Virus record (IMG/VR): IMGVR_UViG_3300000291_000011
Origin: a virus
Reading direction: 5' to 3' (one strand)
Length of the DNA: 52,840 nt
The notes beneath the pieces are model-generated. The model did not search any database, had not been told where the DNA came from, and saw nothing but the letters and a program-made list of their open reading frames with translations. Made by a program: the position numbers and the translations under genes. This document shows positions 1 through 7,936 of the stretch, one piece after another; the stretch's first letter is position 1; each line of letters starts with the position of its first letter.

Positions 1-84
1 TGACATATACGGCGGTATATGCTATAATAATAGTGTCAGGAGGGCGGTACAAAATAAAAGCCCCCGACAGAAAGAGGTAAGGAA
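1..84 (+). promoter_or_regulatory. Promoter/operator/leader cassette copy A, 3' part (5' part at 52754-52840 if circular)
   Basis: -10 TATAAT 23-28; palindrome CATATAC-GGCG-GTATATG in the spacer; leader hairpin 34-69 (UGUC/GACA closing pairs, G:C inner stem, loop GGUACAAAAUAAAA); RBS AAAGAGG 71-77; ATG at 85. Confidence 0.7.
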
Positions 85-675
85 ATGAAGCCCGAAAACT
101 ACGCGAAGCTGTCCCCTGCCGCGAAAAAGCTGTACGACAACCCAAAATTTGAGTTTGAAATCCTCACCAGCGGCGAACATGCCGGAATGCTGCATGTGAT
201 AGGTGGGGTGAAATCCATGCCGCGCCCTAATGCTGCCGCCTTGCAGGAAATCAAGGCTATTCTGCTGGAGGAAAAGGCGGAGCGCGACGCGGAAGAAGCC
301 GCGAAGCGCGAAGAAGCCGCCCGAATCGGCAGAGAGCGCGAAGCGCGCCGCGCCGCCATCCCCGGCGTGAAGCTGATTGAAAAGGCGCGTGAAGAGTGGG
401 ACAAGTGGCACGATGACACAGTGCGCGCCATCGACAACGGCGACGGCATCCATCCCGCCGAACCGAAGGTGAACATCGAAGAGCTGAAACAGCAGTTTCC
501 GCAAGCCGCCGCCCTGCTCAAAGCGGAATCTTATAGCCGCTCGACTAATTATGCCAAGGCATCCGCCGGAAGCAAGGCGCGCGAACGAATCATCGACGGC
601 GAGGACTACACGCAGGTCATTGCCGACATGGAGCAGGAATGGACAGACTATTGCCATAAGCACATGTGGGACTAA
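85..675 (+). CDS. Hypothetical protein, first gene behind cassette A (central E/R/A-rich coiled-coil segment)
   Basis: 196-aa ORF, ATG 8 nt after the cassette RBS; no family recognised. Confidence 0.7.
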   Translation: MKPENYAKLSPAAKKLYDNPKFEFEILTSGEHAGMLHVIGGVKSMPRPNAAALQEIKAILLEEKAERDAEEAAKREEAARIGREREARRAAIPGVKLIEKAREEWDKWHDDTVRAIDNGDGIHPAEPKVNIEELKQQFPQAAALLKAESYSRSTNYAKASAGSKARERIIDGEDYTQVIADMEQEWTDYCHKHMWD

Positions 676-699
676 TGTCAAACAGCAAAGAAAGGGATT

Positions 700-924
700 A
701 TGGCAATGCGGAAAGAGTACTACCAAGGCGAAGTGTCAGTCCGCGCAATGAAGAAGTATCGCGAGAAAGAAGGAATCAAAACGGTGCGCTTCGACGTTCG
801 CGCTGGGAGCAAAGAGGCGCTGGAAGAAGAAGCAAAGCGCCGTGGTCTTTCGGTGGCGCAGCTAATCGTTGATTCCGTAAACGCATACGTTGGACGTGTA
901 ATAATTTCCAACAGAAAACAATAA
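700..924 (+). CDS. Ribbon-helix-helix (CopG/Arc-like) DNA-binding protein, RHH-1
   Basis: 74-aa ORF; KTVRFDVRAGSKEALEEEAKRRGLSVAQLIVDSV fits a strand-helix-helix pattern; last gene before the terminator and cassette B. Confidence 0.55.
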   Translation: MAMRKEYYQGEVSVRAMKKYREKEGIKTVRFDVRAGSKEALEEEAKRRGLSVAQLIVDSVNAYVGRVIISNRKQ

Positions 925-930
925 TAGCAT

Positions 931-958
931 GGGCGCATCCGCTGGGGTGCGCCTTTTT
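931..958 (+). terminator. Rho-independent terminator
   Basis: GGCGCA..TGCGCC stem followed by TTTTT. Confidence 0.7.
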
Positions 959-965
959 CGTTGCG

Positions 966-1094
966 CAAAAAGTTTGCAAAAATCGCAAAAAAAATGTGAT
1001 TTACCCCTTGACATATACGGCGGTATATGCTATAATAATAGTGTCAGGAGGGCGGTACAAAAAATAAAGCCCCCGACAGAAAGAGGTAAGAATT
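966..1094 (+). promoter_or_regulatory. Promoter/operator/leader cassette copy B
   Basis: A-rich upstream tract; TTGACA 1008-1013, 17-nt spacer containing CATATAC-GGCG-GTATATG, TATAAT 1031-1036; hairpin 1042-1078; RBS AAAGAGG; ATG 1095. Near-identical to copy A over about 135 nt. Confidence 0.75.
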
Positions 1095-1304
1095 ATGAAG
1101 TTCGCGAGCATCAAGAAGGGCATCCGCATCACCGAGAAGATGGCGCAGAAGCTGGCTATCAACTGGTACTACGAAACGAAGAAATACTGCTACGAGTTGC
1201 AGTACGGGGAAGAAACGATGGATGGCGACTACGAGCGCAGCATCGTTCGCTGGAAGAAAGGCGAAGAGTACAAGCCTTCCGAAGTCGTTGCAACGCTGGC
1301 GTGA
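1095..1304 (+). CDS. Hypothetical protein, first gene behind cassette B
   Basis: 69-aa ORF at the cassette RBS; no family recognised. Confidence 0.6.
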   Translation: MKFASIKKGIRITEKMAQKLAINWYYETKKYCYELQYGEETMDGDYERSIVRWKKGEEYKPSEVVATLA

Positions 1305-1326
1305 ACAGGAAGGAGGAGCAAGTACC

Positions 1327-1635
1327 ATGTCAAACGAAGAAATTATCGTCAAGTCCGCCATCAGCGCGGGCATCTTCTCCGAAGAAGAAGCCGCCGCCTA
1401 CATCATGAACGGGTTGCGCCTCCCGATTCACACCTTCGCCGAGTGGAAAAACCACGGTTACATTGTCAAAAAGGGCGAACACGCCGCGCTGACCGTAAGC
1501 ATCTGGAAGCCCAAGACGCGCAAGAGGAAGAAGGACGAAAAGAACGTTGACGAAAAGGAAGAGAACAGCGGGTTCTTCCTGACGACCGCATACCTGTTCA
1601 CCAAGCAGCAGGTAGAAGCAATCAAGCCCGCCTAA
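1327..1635 (+). CDS. Small ArdC N-terminal-domain-like (ssDNA-binding / antirestriction-type) protein
   Basis: ATG 1327 after AGGAAGGAGGAG; HTFAEWKNHGYIVKKGEHAALTVSIWKP resembles the W-TF-QW..G..V-KGEK core of ArdC-N/DUF1738. Recalled motif, not searched. Confidence 0.4.
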   Translation: MSNEEIIVKSAISAGIFSEEEAAAYIMNGLRLPIHTFAEWKNHGYIVKKGEHAALTVSIWKPKTRKRKKDEKNVDEKEENSGFFLTTAYLFTKQQVEAIKPA

Positions 1636-1732
1636 TCGCAACAGAATGCCGCCTGTGAGCCGTTGGAGCAATCAGGCGACATGATTATGAGCAAAAACAA
1701 GCAAGACGTTAGAACGCGAGACAGGAGGCAAT

Positions 1733-2629
1733 ATGGGCATGTATTACGAAATCAACGAGGAAACCGCGAAGGCATCAAAGCTGATGATGTCACTTGACGA
1801 CTACGAAGAAAACAGCACGACGAACGAGTATCGCACAATGTGCGACAGGGCGCAGGAAATCGCAGAGGAGCAGAAGCAGAAGCACCCGGAATGCGCGGAG
1901 ACAATCGACATGATACTCAATCGATACTGCCGGAAGTTGGCGGAGTGGATAAACCGCGAGAACGCCATTGGTACGATGTGTCCTTCTGTCATGATTGCCG
2001 GTCCGGCTGGCATCAATCGAGCGAAGAAGGAAAAGCAGATTGCTGCATATAAAAGAAACGCGGAAAAGTACGAAGAAATCAGCGGATTGATTAGCCGCAT
2101 ACAGAGCGTCGGAACGGGCGGAATCAAGGCAGGAGACGCAAACGCGCTGGAAAAGCTCAAAAACAAACTGGAAAACATGGAGGAATGTTATCAGACGATG
2201 AAAAAGGCGAACGCCTACTACAAAAACAACGGAACGCTTGACGGGTTTTATCTCTTTGACGAGATAACAGAAGAAAAAATGCACGAATACAAACACAGCG
2301 GGCAACCGTTTAGTGCTTACACGCTGCAAAACTGTATCGCAGAGATACGGAGAATCAAGGCACGAATTGCAAGTATCACCACCGTGAAGGAGGAAGGGGG
2401 CGGCGAAAAGGTAATCAAGGGAATCCGCGTGGTGGAGGATACGGACGACATGCGCATTCGCCTGATTTTCCCGGATAAGCCCGACGAGGAGACGCGAAAC
2501 GCGCTAAAGGCAAACGGCTTTCGCTGGTCGCCGAAGAACAGCGCGTGGCAGCGGATGCTCAACGCAAATGGGCGCTGGGCGGCAAAGAACTTCCTTGCAA
2601 CGGTAAAAGATGAGAGCAATGAGAGCTAA
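1733..2629 (+). CDS. DUF3560-like protein
   Basis: 298-aa ORF with RBS AGGAGG; C-terminal RIRLIFPDKPDEETRNALKANGFRWSPKNSAWQR matches the G-F-RWSP..W-R end typical of DUF3560 proteins of conjugative elements and phages. Confidence 0.5.
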   Translation: MGMYYEINEETAKASKLMMSLDDYEENSTTNEYRTMCDRAQEIAEEQKQKHPECAETIDMILNRYCRKLAEWINRENAIGTMCPSVMIAGPAGINRAKKEKQIAAYKRNAEKYEEISGLISRIQSVGTGGIKAGDANALEKLKNKLENMEECYQTMKKANAYYKNNGTLDGFYLFDEITEEKMHEYKHSGQPFSAYTLQNCIAEIRRIKARIASITTVKEEGGGEKVIKGIRVVEDTDDMRIRLIFPDKPDEETRNALKANGFRWSPKNSAWQRMLNANGRWAAKNFLATVKDESNES

Positions 2630-2681
2630 AAGCGTGATATAATATAAAATGTAAAAAGCAGAAAGAGAGGCGCGAGCAGTA

Positions 2682-4148
2682 ATGCAAGCGTCTTTTTTGT
2701 TGGAAGAGGCGACTATGGAAGAGCTGCTCTTGCCTCTTCAGCGGCGGGATTTATGCGCGAGTGCGCTTTGTTGCGTTGGTGGGGACGCGACGGAAGAAGA
2801 GGAGGGAAAACCATTGCTTGACTGGAACGGCATCAAAATCGTCGAAACGGATTGTATGCTGCCGATTGACCGCGTGAAACCATACGCGAGAAACGCGAAG
2901 CGGCATCCGCAGGAGCAAATCGATGAAATCAAGGCAAGCATCAAGCGGTTCGGCATGGACGACCCCATCGGCATCTGGGGCAAGGAAAACCTGATTGTCG
3001 AGGGTCACGGGCGGCTGGAAGCGTGCAAGCAGCTCGGCATCCCGACAGTGCCGTGCATCAGGCTCGACCACCTTACGAAGGAAGAGCGCAAGGCGTACAC
3101 ACTGGCGCACAACAAAACCAACATGGACAGCGGCTGGGACTTTACGGCGCTTGACCAAGAGCTGGCGGAAATCGTTGATATTGACATGAGCGAGTTCGGT
3201 TTCGGAGTTCCCCTCTCAGAAGAAGAAGTCTGGAAAGAAAACGAAAACAGCATATCTCTTGCTGACAAATACACGGTTGCGCCATTTTCTGTCCTCGATG
3301 GCAGGAGTGACGAATGGCAAAAACGGAAAAAACAATGGCATTCCGTTATTGGCGATAGCAGGGAAGGGCGTGCAGAAGATTTAATCGGCGGGATTGCTGA
3401 TATTGCAAAAAGAAAGAATGCAAGGCTCTCCGGGACAAGTGAGTTTGACCCGGTTCTCTGCGAGGTGTTGATAAAATGGTTCTGCCCTCCCAATGGGAAA
3501 ATCGTTGACCCGTTCGCTGGCGGGAACGTTCGCGGCGTAATTTCCGCAATTCTTGGAAACGAATATCACGGAGTAGATATTCGAACAGAGCAGATTGCAG
3601 AAAATGAAGCGTCTTTACCCAAAATCCGTGAAGATTACGCACAAGCGCCGAAGTGGTATTGCGGCGACAGCGCGAATATTGACGTGATGCTATCAAAAGA
3701 AGCACCGTTTGATTTTTTTCTGATGTGTCCGCCGTATGGAGACTTGGAAAAGTACAGCGACGACCCGAAAGACCTATCAACGATGAAGTACGATGATTTT
3801 ATCGACACATACAGGCAAATAATTGCAAAGACAGTATCGCTTCTTTCGGAGAACGCATTTTGTGCCGTAGTCGTTTCCGACATTCGCGACAAAAAAGGGA
3901 TGTATCGTGGATTCACGTCTGACACGATTAAAGCGTTTACAGATTGCGGCGCGAAGTTGTATAACGATATGATAAAACTCGACCCAATAGGCACAGCCGC
4001 GGTTCGCGTCGAAAAACAATTCCGCGATATGCGCAAAGTCGTGCGCACCCACCAAAACGTTCTTGTTTTTGTCAAAGGAGACCAGCGCAAAATCAAAAAG
4101 GGAGAATACGAGTTTGATTTTGACGAAAGCGAAGCGGAGAATGCCTAA
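2682..4148 (+). CDS. ParB-like N-terminal domain fused to a DNA (N6-A/N4-C type) methyltransferase
   Basis: ParB-N segment (RNAKRHPQEQIDEIKASIKRFGMDDPIGIW..IVEGHGRLEA); SAM motif DPFAGG and catalytic-type CPPY motif. Start may instead be ATG 2715. Confidence 0.8.
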   Translation: MQASFLLEEATMEELLLPLQRRDLCASALCCVGGDATEEEEGKPLLDWNGIKIVETDCMLPIDRVKPYARNAKRHPQEQIDEIKASIKRFGMDDPIGIWGKENLIVEGHGRLEACKQLGIPTVPCIRLDHLTKEERKAYTLAHNKTNMDSGWDFTALDQELAEIVDIDMSEFGFGVPLSEEEVWKENENSISLADKYTVAPFSVLDGRSDEWQKRKKQWHSVIGDSREGRAEDLIGGIADIAKRKNARLSGTSEFDPVLCEVLIKWFCPPNGKIVDPFAGGNVRGVISAILGNEYHGVDIRTEQIAENEASLPKIREDYAQAPKWYCGDSANIDVMLSKEAPFDFFLMCPPYGDLEKYSDDPKDLSTMKYDDFIDTYRQIIAKTVSLLSENAFCAVVVSDIRDKKGMYRGFTSDTIKAFTDCGAKLYNDMIKLDPIGTAAVRVEKQFRDMRKVVRTHQNVLVFVKGDQRKIKKGEYEFDFDESEAENA

Positions 4149-4175
4149 AACATGTAGCAAGCGAGGTGCCCGCGC

Positions 4176-4931
4176 ATGAAGAAAGAGCCTGACGTTGACA
4201 TCGACATCCCGGAAATCCACTTCACGGACACAATCGAACTTGACGACGACATAGACTTCTCCGTCGCCGACTTTTCCATTGTAGACGAGGAAGAGCAGAC
4301 GCGCATCATAAAGCCCAAGATGGCAAAGTCAGCAATCTACAACAAGGCGGACTTTCAGTATGCACGCGACCTTGCCGCAAAAATTTGTCTGGAACGCAAC
4401 GCACGGACTACTTGCATCGTTCCTGGCAATTTCATTTTTGGCGACTTGCCGGAAGCGCTTGTGATGTATCGCGGCATCGACCTCAAAACAATCTACTGCT
4501 CCACGTTGTCGCTATCGGAAAACAACGTGGACAGCTTCAAAAATCTGCTGCTTTTCCGAAACGTGGAGAAAATCAATCTGATGCTGTCCGGCTACTTCTA
4601 CAGCCACTACAAAACGGATTTAATTCCGTACTTGTATGAGGAGCTGGACATCGACAACAAATTGCAAGTGGCTTTCACGAACACGCACATGAAAATCCTG
4701 CTGATGGAAACGCACAGGGGGAATCATTATGTGTTGACGGGAAGCGCGAATTTGCGGAGCGCATCGTGTCTGGAGCAGTTCGACTTCGAGGAGAACGAGG
4801 AGCTGTTTAACTTCTACAAGGAAGCGTTCGACAGCCTTATTGACAAGTATAAAACAATCGACTACACGAAACCAAAAATCGCAAGGGGGAATAACGCATG
4901 GCAAGCGGTTCGGGCAAAGGGCGAAAATTAA
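4176..4931 (+). CDS. Single-HKD phospholipase-D-superfamily (Nuc/BfiI-like nuclease fold) protein with acidic N-terminus
   Basis: HMKILLMETHRGNHYVLTGSANL fits HxK(x4)D/E..GSxN; N-terminal D/E-rich region. Confidence 0.6.
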   Translation: MKKEPDVDIDIPEIHFTDTIELDDDIDFSVADFSIVDEEEQTRIIKPKMAKSAIYNKADFQYARDLAAKICLERNARTTCIVPGNFIFGDLPEALVMYRGIDLKTIYCSTLSLSENNVDSFKNLLLFRNVEKINLMLSGYFYSHYKTDLIPYLYEELDIDNKLQVAFTNTHMKILLMETHRGNHYVLTGSANLRSASCLEQFDFEENEELFNFYKEAFDSLIDKYKTIDYTKPKIARGNNAWQAVRAKGEN

Positions 4932-5044
4932 CGCTGAAAGGCTCATCGTCCGCAAAGGGCAGACGCAGAAAATACAGTTCGCGGTTCAAACTCAACCGCG
5001 TAACGGGCGAAATCACGAACGAAAAGCGCAGCACGAGGGCTTAA
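4898..5044 (+). CDS. Possible small basic protein (48 aa) overlapping the HKD gene end
   Basis: ATG 4898 seven nt after AAGGGGGA; MASGSGKGRKLTLKGSSSAKGRRRKYSSRF..; fills the 4931-5067 gap. Below the ORF-track length cutoff. Confidence 0.25.
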   Translation: MASGSGKGRKLTLKGSSSAKGRRRKYSSRFKLNRVTGEITNEKRSTRA

Positions 5045-5066
5045 GCAATCAGGGAGGCGATAACGC

Positions 5067-5708
5067 ATGGAGTTCTCGCGTCTTTACGAGAATCTTTCCA
5101 AATGGTTTCCTTCCCCATCTGAATGTGCAGGAGCGTATGACATCCCGGTTATCGCGCCAACAAGCGAACCAGACGTGACGGAGTGGATTCCATTCAACGA
5201 CCTTTCCAAGCCTTTCAAGGCGACGCAGGGCATCCATATGTTTGTGGACGACTACCGCATGAAGCGCCTATGGGCGCAACCAGATAGGTATCTTGCGATT
5301 TTGGAGCTTGCCGGGTGCGTCGCATCCCCGGACTTCTCCATCTATCAGGACACGCCCGAAGCGCTGAACATATATTGCCACTACATGAAGCACTGGCTTG
5401 CGGCTTATTGGCAATCATACGGCATCAAGGTAATCCCTACAATCTGCTGGGGAAGCAAAAAGACGTTCAGTTGGTGTTTTGACGGAGAGCCGACGAACGC
5501 ACCGGTAATCGTTTCATCCGTTGGAACGCAAAAAAATCCAGAAAGCAAAAAAGCATTTTTGGATGGGTATAACGCGATGGTGGAGCGACTATCACCAACT
5601 GTAATTCTGCTTTGCGGGAAAAAGCCGAAAGAATGCACGGGTAATATCGTAGAAATCGCGCCATTCTACGACAGCGTTGTCAGGAGGAGAAAAGATGTTT
5701 CAGTTTAG
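5067..5708 (+). CDS. DUF4417-like protein
   Basis: FVDDYRMKRLWAQPDRYL..SPDFSIYQDTPEALNIYCHYMKHWLAAYWQSYGIKVIPTICW matches the recalled DUF4417 core. Confidence 0.65.
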   Translation: MEFSRLYENLSKWFPSPSECAGAYDIPVIAPTSEPDVTEWIPFNDLSKPFKATQGIHMFVDDYRMKRLWAQPDRYLAILELAGCVASPDFSIYQDTPEALNIYCHYMKHWLAAYWQSYGIKVIPTICWGSKKTFSWCFDGEPTNAPVIVSSVGTQKNPESKKAFLDGYNAMVERLSPTVILLCGKKPKECTGNIVEIAPFYDSVVRRRKDVSV

Positions 5709-6240
5709 GTTGCAAGCGTGGGGGGGGAGAGGCGGCAGCATTTCGGCGAAAAACACCTCTTCCACCTATGTTTCCGGCGGCAAAGTTGCAACCGTCGAAT
5801 ACTACAACCAAAATAGCGGCTCACGCGTCGAAAAAATCCGTACATTCGCCGACAATGACGGATTTGTAAAAGATTTGGAAGTGTTTGCTATGTCATATTT
5901 AGTCCCCAATAAGTATGACGTGGTTGTCCCACTGTATGTTGCGACCGCAAGAAGCGAAACCCCGTATCTTGGAAGCACCAAGGAAGCCGCTGCACTTGGA
6001 AAAAAAACAGGGAAAGTGGAAATGGCTCATATCGGCATCAATGTCAACACGCCGAAGGGTGTATCTGAAAAGCAAGAGGCATATGCCAAAAAGGTCGCAA
6101 CCCAAATGATTCGACGAAGCGCAGAGCATTTCGTCCAAGGCGTCGCACTTGGGCAAACGACGCTTGAAAATTTGGGAGAAGTGTTCAAGAAGCAGCCTGC
6201 ACTCTCTGCGAGACAGGTATTAGACGGGAAATTCAGGTAA
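5695..6240 (+). CDS. Hypothetical protein
   Basis: ATG 5695 after AGGAGGAG; 181 aa starting MFQFRLQAWGGRGGS; no family recognised. Confidence 0.65.
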   Translation: MFQFRLQAWGGRGGSISAKNTSSTYVSGGKVATVEYYNQNSGSRVEKIRTFADNDGFVKDLEVFAMSYLVPNKYDVVVPLYVATARSETPYLGSTKEAAALGKKTGKVEMAHIGINVNTPKGVSEKQEAYAKKVATQMIRRSAEHFVQGVALGQTTLENLGEVFKKQPALSARQVLDGKFR

Positions 6241-6255
6241 TCAGGCGGTGAGTAA

Positions 6256-6663
6256 ATGCCAACGGGACAGGAAACAAAACAGTATCCGCACGGGAAACAT
6301 CCAAACAGCCTTGCGAATCTTAAAAAGGGAAAACGCTTCGGGAATGGCGAGGGTAATACGCTGAACGCACGAGAAGAAAACCGAAAGTCCGTCGCAGTTC
6401 GGAGCGGGAACAAGACATTGCGTGAATTTGCGATTGATTTTGCAGATAAGCCGATGGGAAACGGCAAAACCTTCAAGGAGGCGTACATCATGCGCCTTGC
6501 AAAAATGGCTGCCGATGGAAACCTTGCTGCTATGCAGTATTTTGCAAAACTCATCGGGGAAGACCCCGGCGACGTTGTAACCGTCAAAGCGCCGACGCTT
6601 TCAGAGGACGCGAAAGCAGACATTGACAAGTTGCTGAAAGAGACGCGGGGAGAAGTAAAATGA
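6256..6663 (+). CDS. terS: Terminase small subunit
   Basis: 135 aa directly upstream of and overlapping terL; HPNSLANLKKGKRF and basic N-terminus are typical of phage small terminases. Confidence 0.7.
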   Translation: MPTGQETKQYPHGKHPNSLANLKKGKRFGNGEGNTLNAREENRKSVAVRSGNKTLREFAIDFADKPMGNGKTFKEAYIMRLAKMAADGNLAAMQYFAKLIGEDPGDVVTVKAPTLSEDAKADIDKLLKETRGEVK

Positions 6664-7931
6664 CGACGCTGACGCGGGATGAAGTGTGGAACATCTGGCG
6701 ATACCATCCCGCCGCCGTCGGAAGAATGTGCGGATTCCGTGATTTAACGGACGAACTTCACGGACGCTGGATGCAGCACATCATCTTCGGAGCGGACGAT
6801 TACACGCTCCAAGCACACCGCCTTTCCTATAAATCTTCCTGCCTTTCCGTCGCGCTTGCAATGTGGTGCGTTCTAAATCACGGCAAAAACGCGATTTTCA
6901 TGCGGAAAACCGACAGCGACGTTGTGGAGAGTATCGCACAGGCGAAAAAGGTATTCGCTAACGAGGCTTTTTGCTACATGGCGCAAATCCTCATGCAGCA
7001 GGACGTGACGCTGCTGAAATCAGGCGGCAACTGCATGACGGTGAGCGTGTACGATTCGCCGCGTGGCGCTGACCAGCTCATCGGCATCGGCTGCGGTTCG
7101 TCCATGACGGGCAAGCACGCAGATTTGATAGTATGCGATGACGTTGTAAACCTCAACGACCGCATAAGCCGCGCAGAACGAGAGCGCACCAAGGGCGTTA
7201 TACAGGAGCTGCGAAATATTGTCACCCGCGACGGGCGAATCGTATTCATAGGCACACCGTGGCACATCGAGGACGCGTTCACGCTGGTTGCGCCGCCGGA
7301 GAAGCACGACTGCTACACGACCGGGTTGATTGCGCCGGAGAAGCTGGAAGAGCTGCGGAAGTCCATGTCACCGTCACTTTTTGCCGCGAACTACGAGTTG
7401 CGCCACATTGCCGCCGAAAATGCGCTGTTCGATACGCCGCCGACGTTCACGCCGGAAGCGGAAAAGCTGCGGGACGGCATCGCGCACGTTGATGCTGCAT
7501 ACGGAGGCGAGGACTACACCGCGCTGACGTGCGCCAAGAGGGACGGCGACACGCTGTACTTGTACGGACGTTTGTGGCGAAAGCACGTTGACACGCTGAT
7601 GGAAGCACTGCAATCGGAGACGGAGCGCCTAATGTGCGCCCCGATTTACTGTGAAACAAACGGCGACAAGGGATATTTGGCGCGGGAATTGCGCCGCCGC
7701 AATATGGCAGTACGCGCATACCCGGAGAAGATGAACAAGTACCTGAAAATCAGCACATACCTCAAAAAGTGGTGGGGGAATATCGTGTTTTTGGAAGGCA
7801 CAGACAGGGACTATATCGCGCAAATTATGGACTACACCGAGGACGCGGAACATGACGACGCGCCGGACAGCGCCGCGTGTTGCTGCCGGATTCTCGACAG
7901 AAACGGCGCGAGTTTGTATGTTGGGGGGTGA
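6660..7931 (+). CDS. terL: Terminase large subunit
   Basis: Walker-A-like AHRLSYKSS, Walker B LIVCDDV, coupling motif GTPWH; C-terminal nuclease acidic residues (HVDAAYGGED, YCETNGDKG, DDAPDS). Confidence 0.9.
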   Translation: MTTLTRDEVWNIWRYHPAAVGRMCGFRDLTDELHGRWMQHIIFGADDYTLQAHRLSYKSSCLSVALAMWCVLNHGKNAIFMRKTDSDVVESIAQAKKVFANEAFCYMAQILMQQDVTLLKSGGNCMTVSVYDSPRGADQLIGIGCGSSMTGKHADLIVCDDVVNLNDRISRAERERTKGVIQELRNIVTRDGRIVFIGTPWHIEDAFTLVAPPEKHDCYTTGLIAPEKLEELRKSMSPSLFAANYELRHIAAENALFDTPPTFTPEAEKLRDGIAHVDAAYGGEDYTALTCAKRDGDTLYLYGRLWRKHVDTLMEALQSETERLMCAPIYCETNGDKGYLARELRRRNMAVRAYPEKMNKYLKISTYLKKWWGNIVFLEGTDRDYIAQIMDYTEDAEHDDAPDSAACCCRILDRNGASLYVGG

Positions 7932-7936
7932 TACAG

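Noticed and set aside
22-726. Long antisense or alternative-frame ORFs (22-726 -, 6027-6707 -, 8117-8857 -, 10937-11536 -, 14483-15112 -, 26361-27083 +, 35837-36472 -, 39987-40751 -, 41764-42360 -)
   Set aside because: All lie opposite or out of frame to better-supported genes, lack Shine-Dalgarno sequences and have Arg/Ala/Pro/Cys-rich compositions. They were treated as shadow ORFs.
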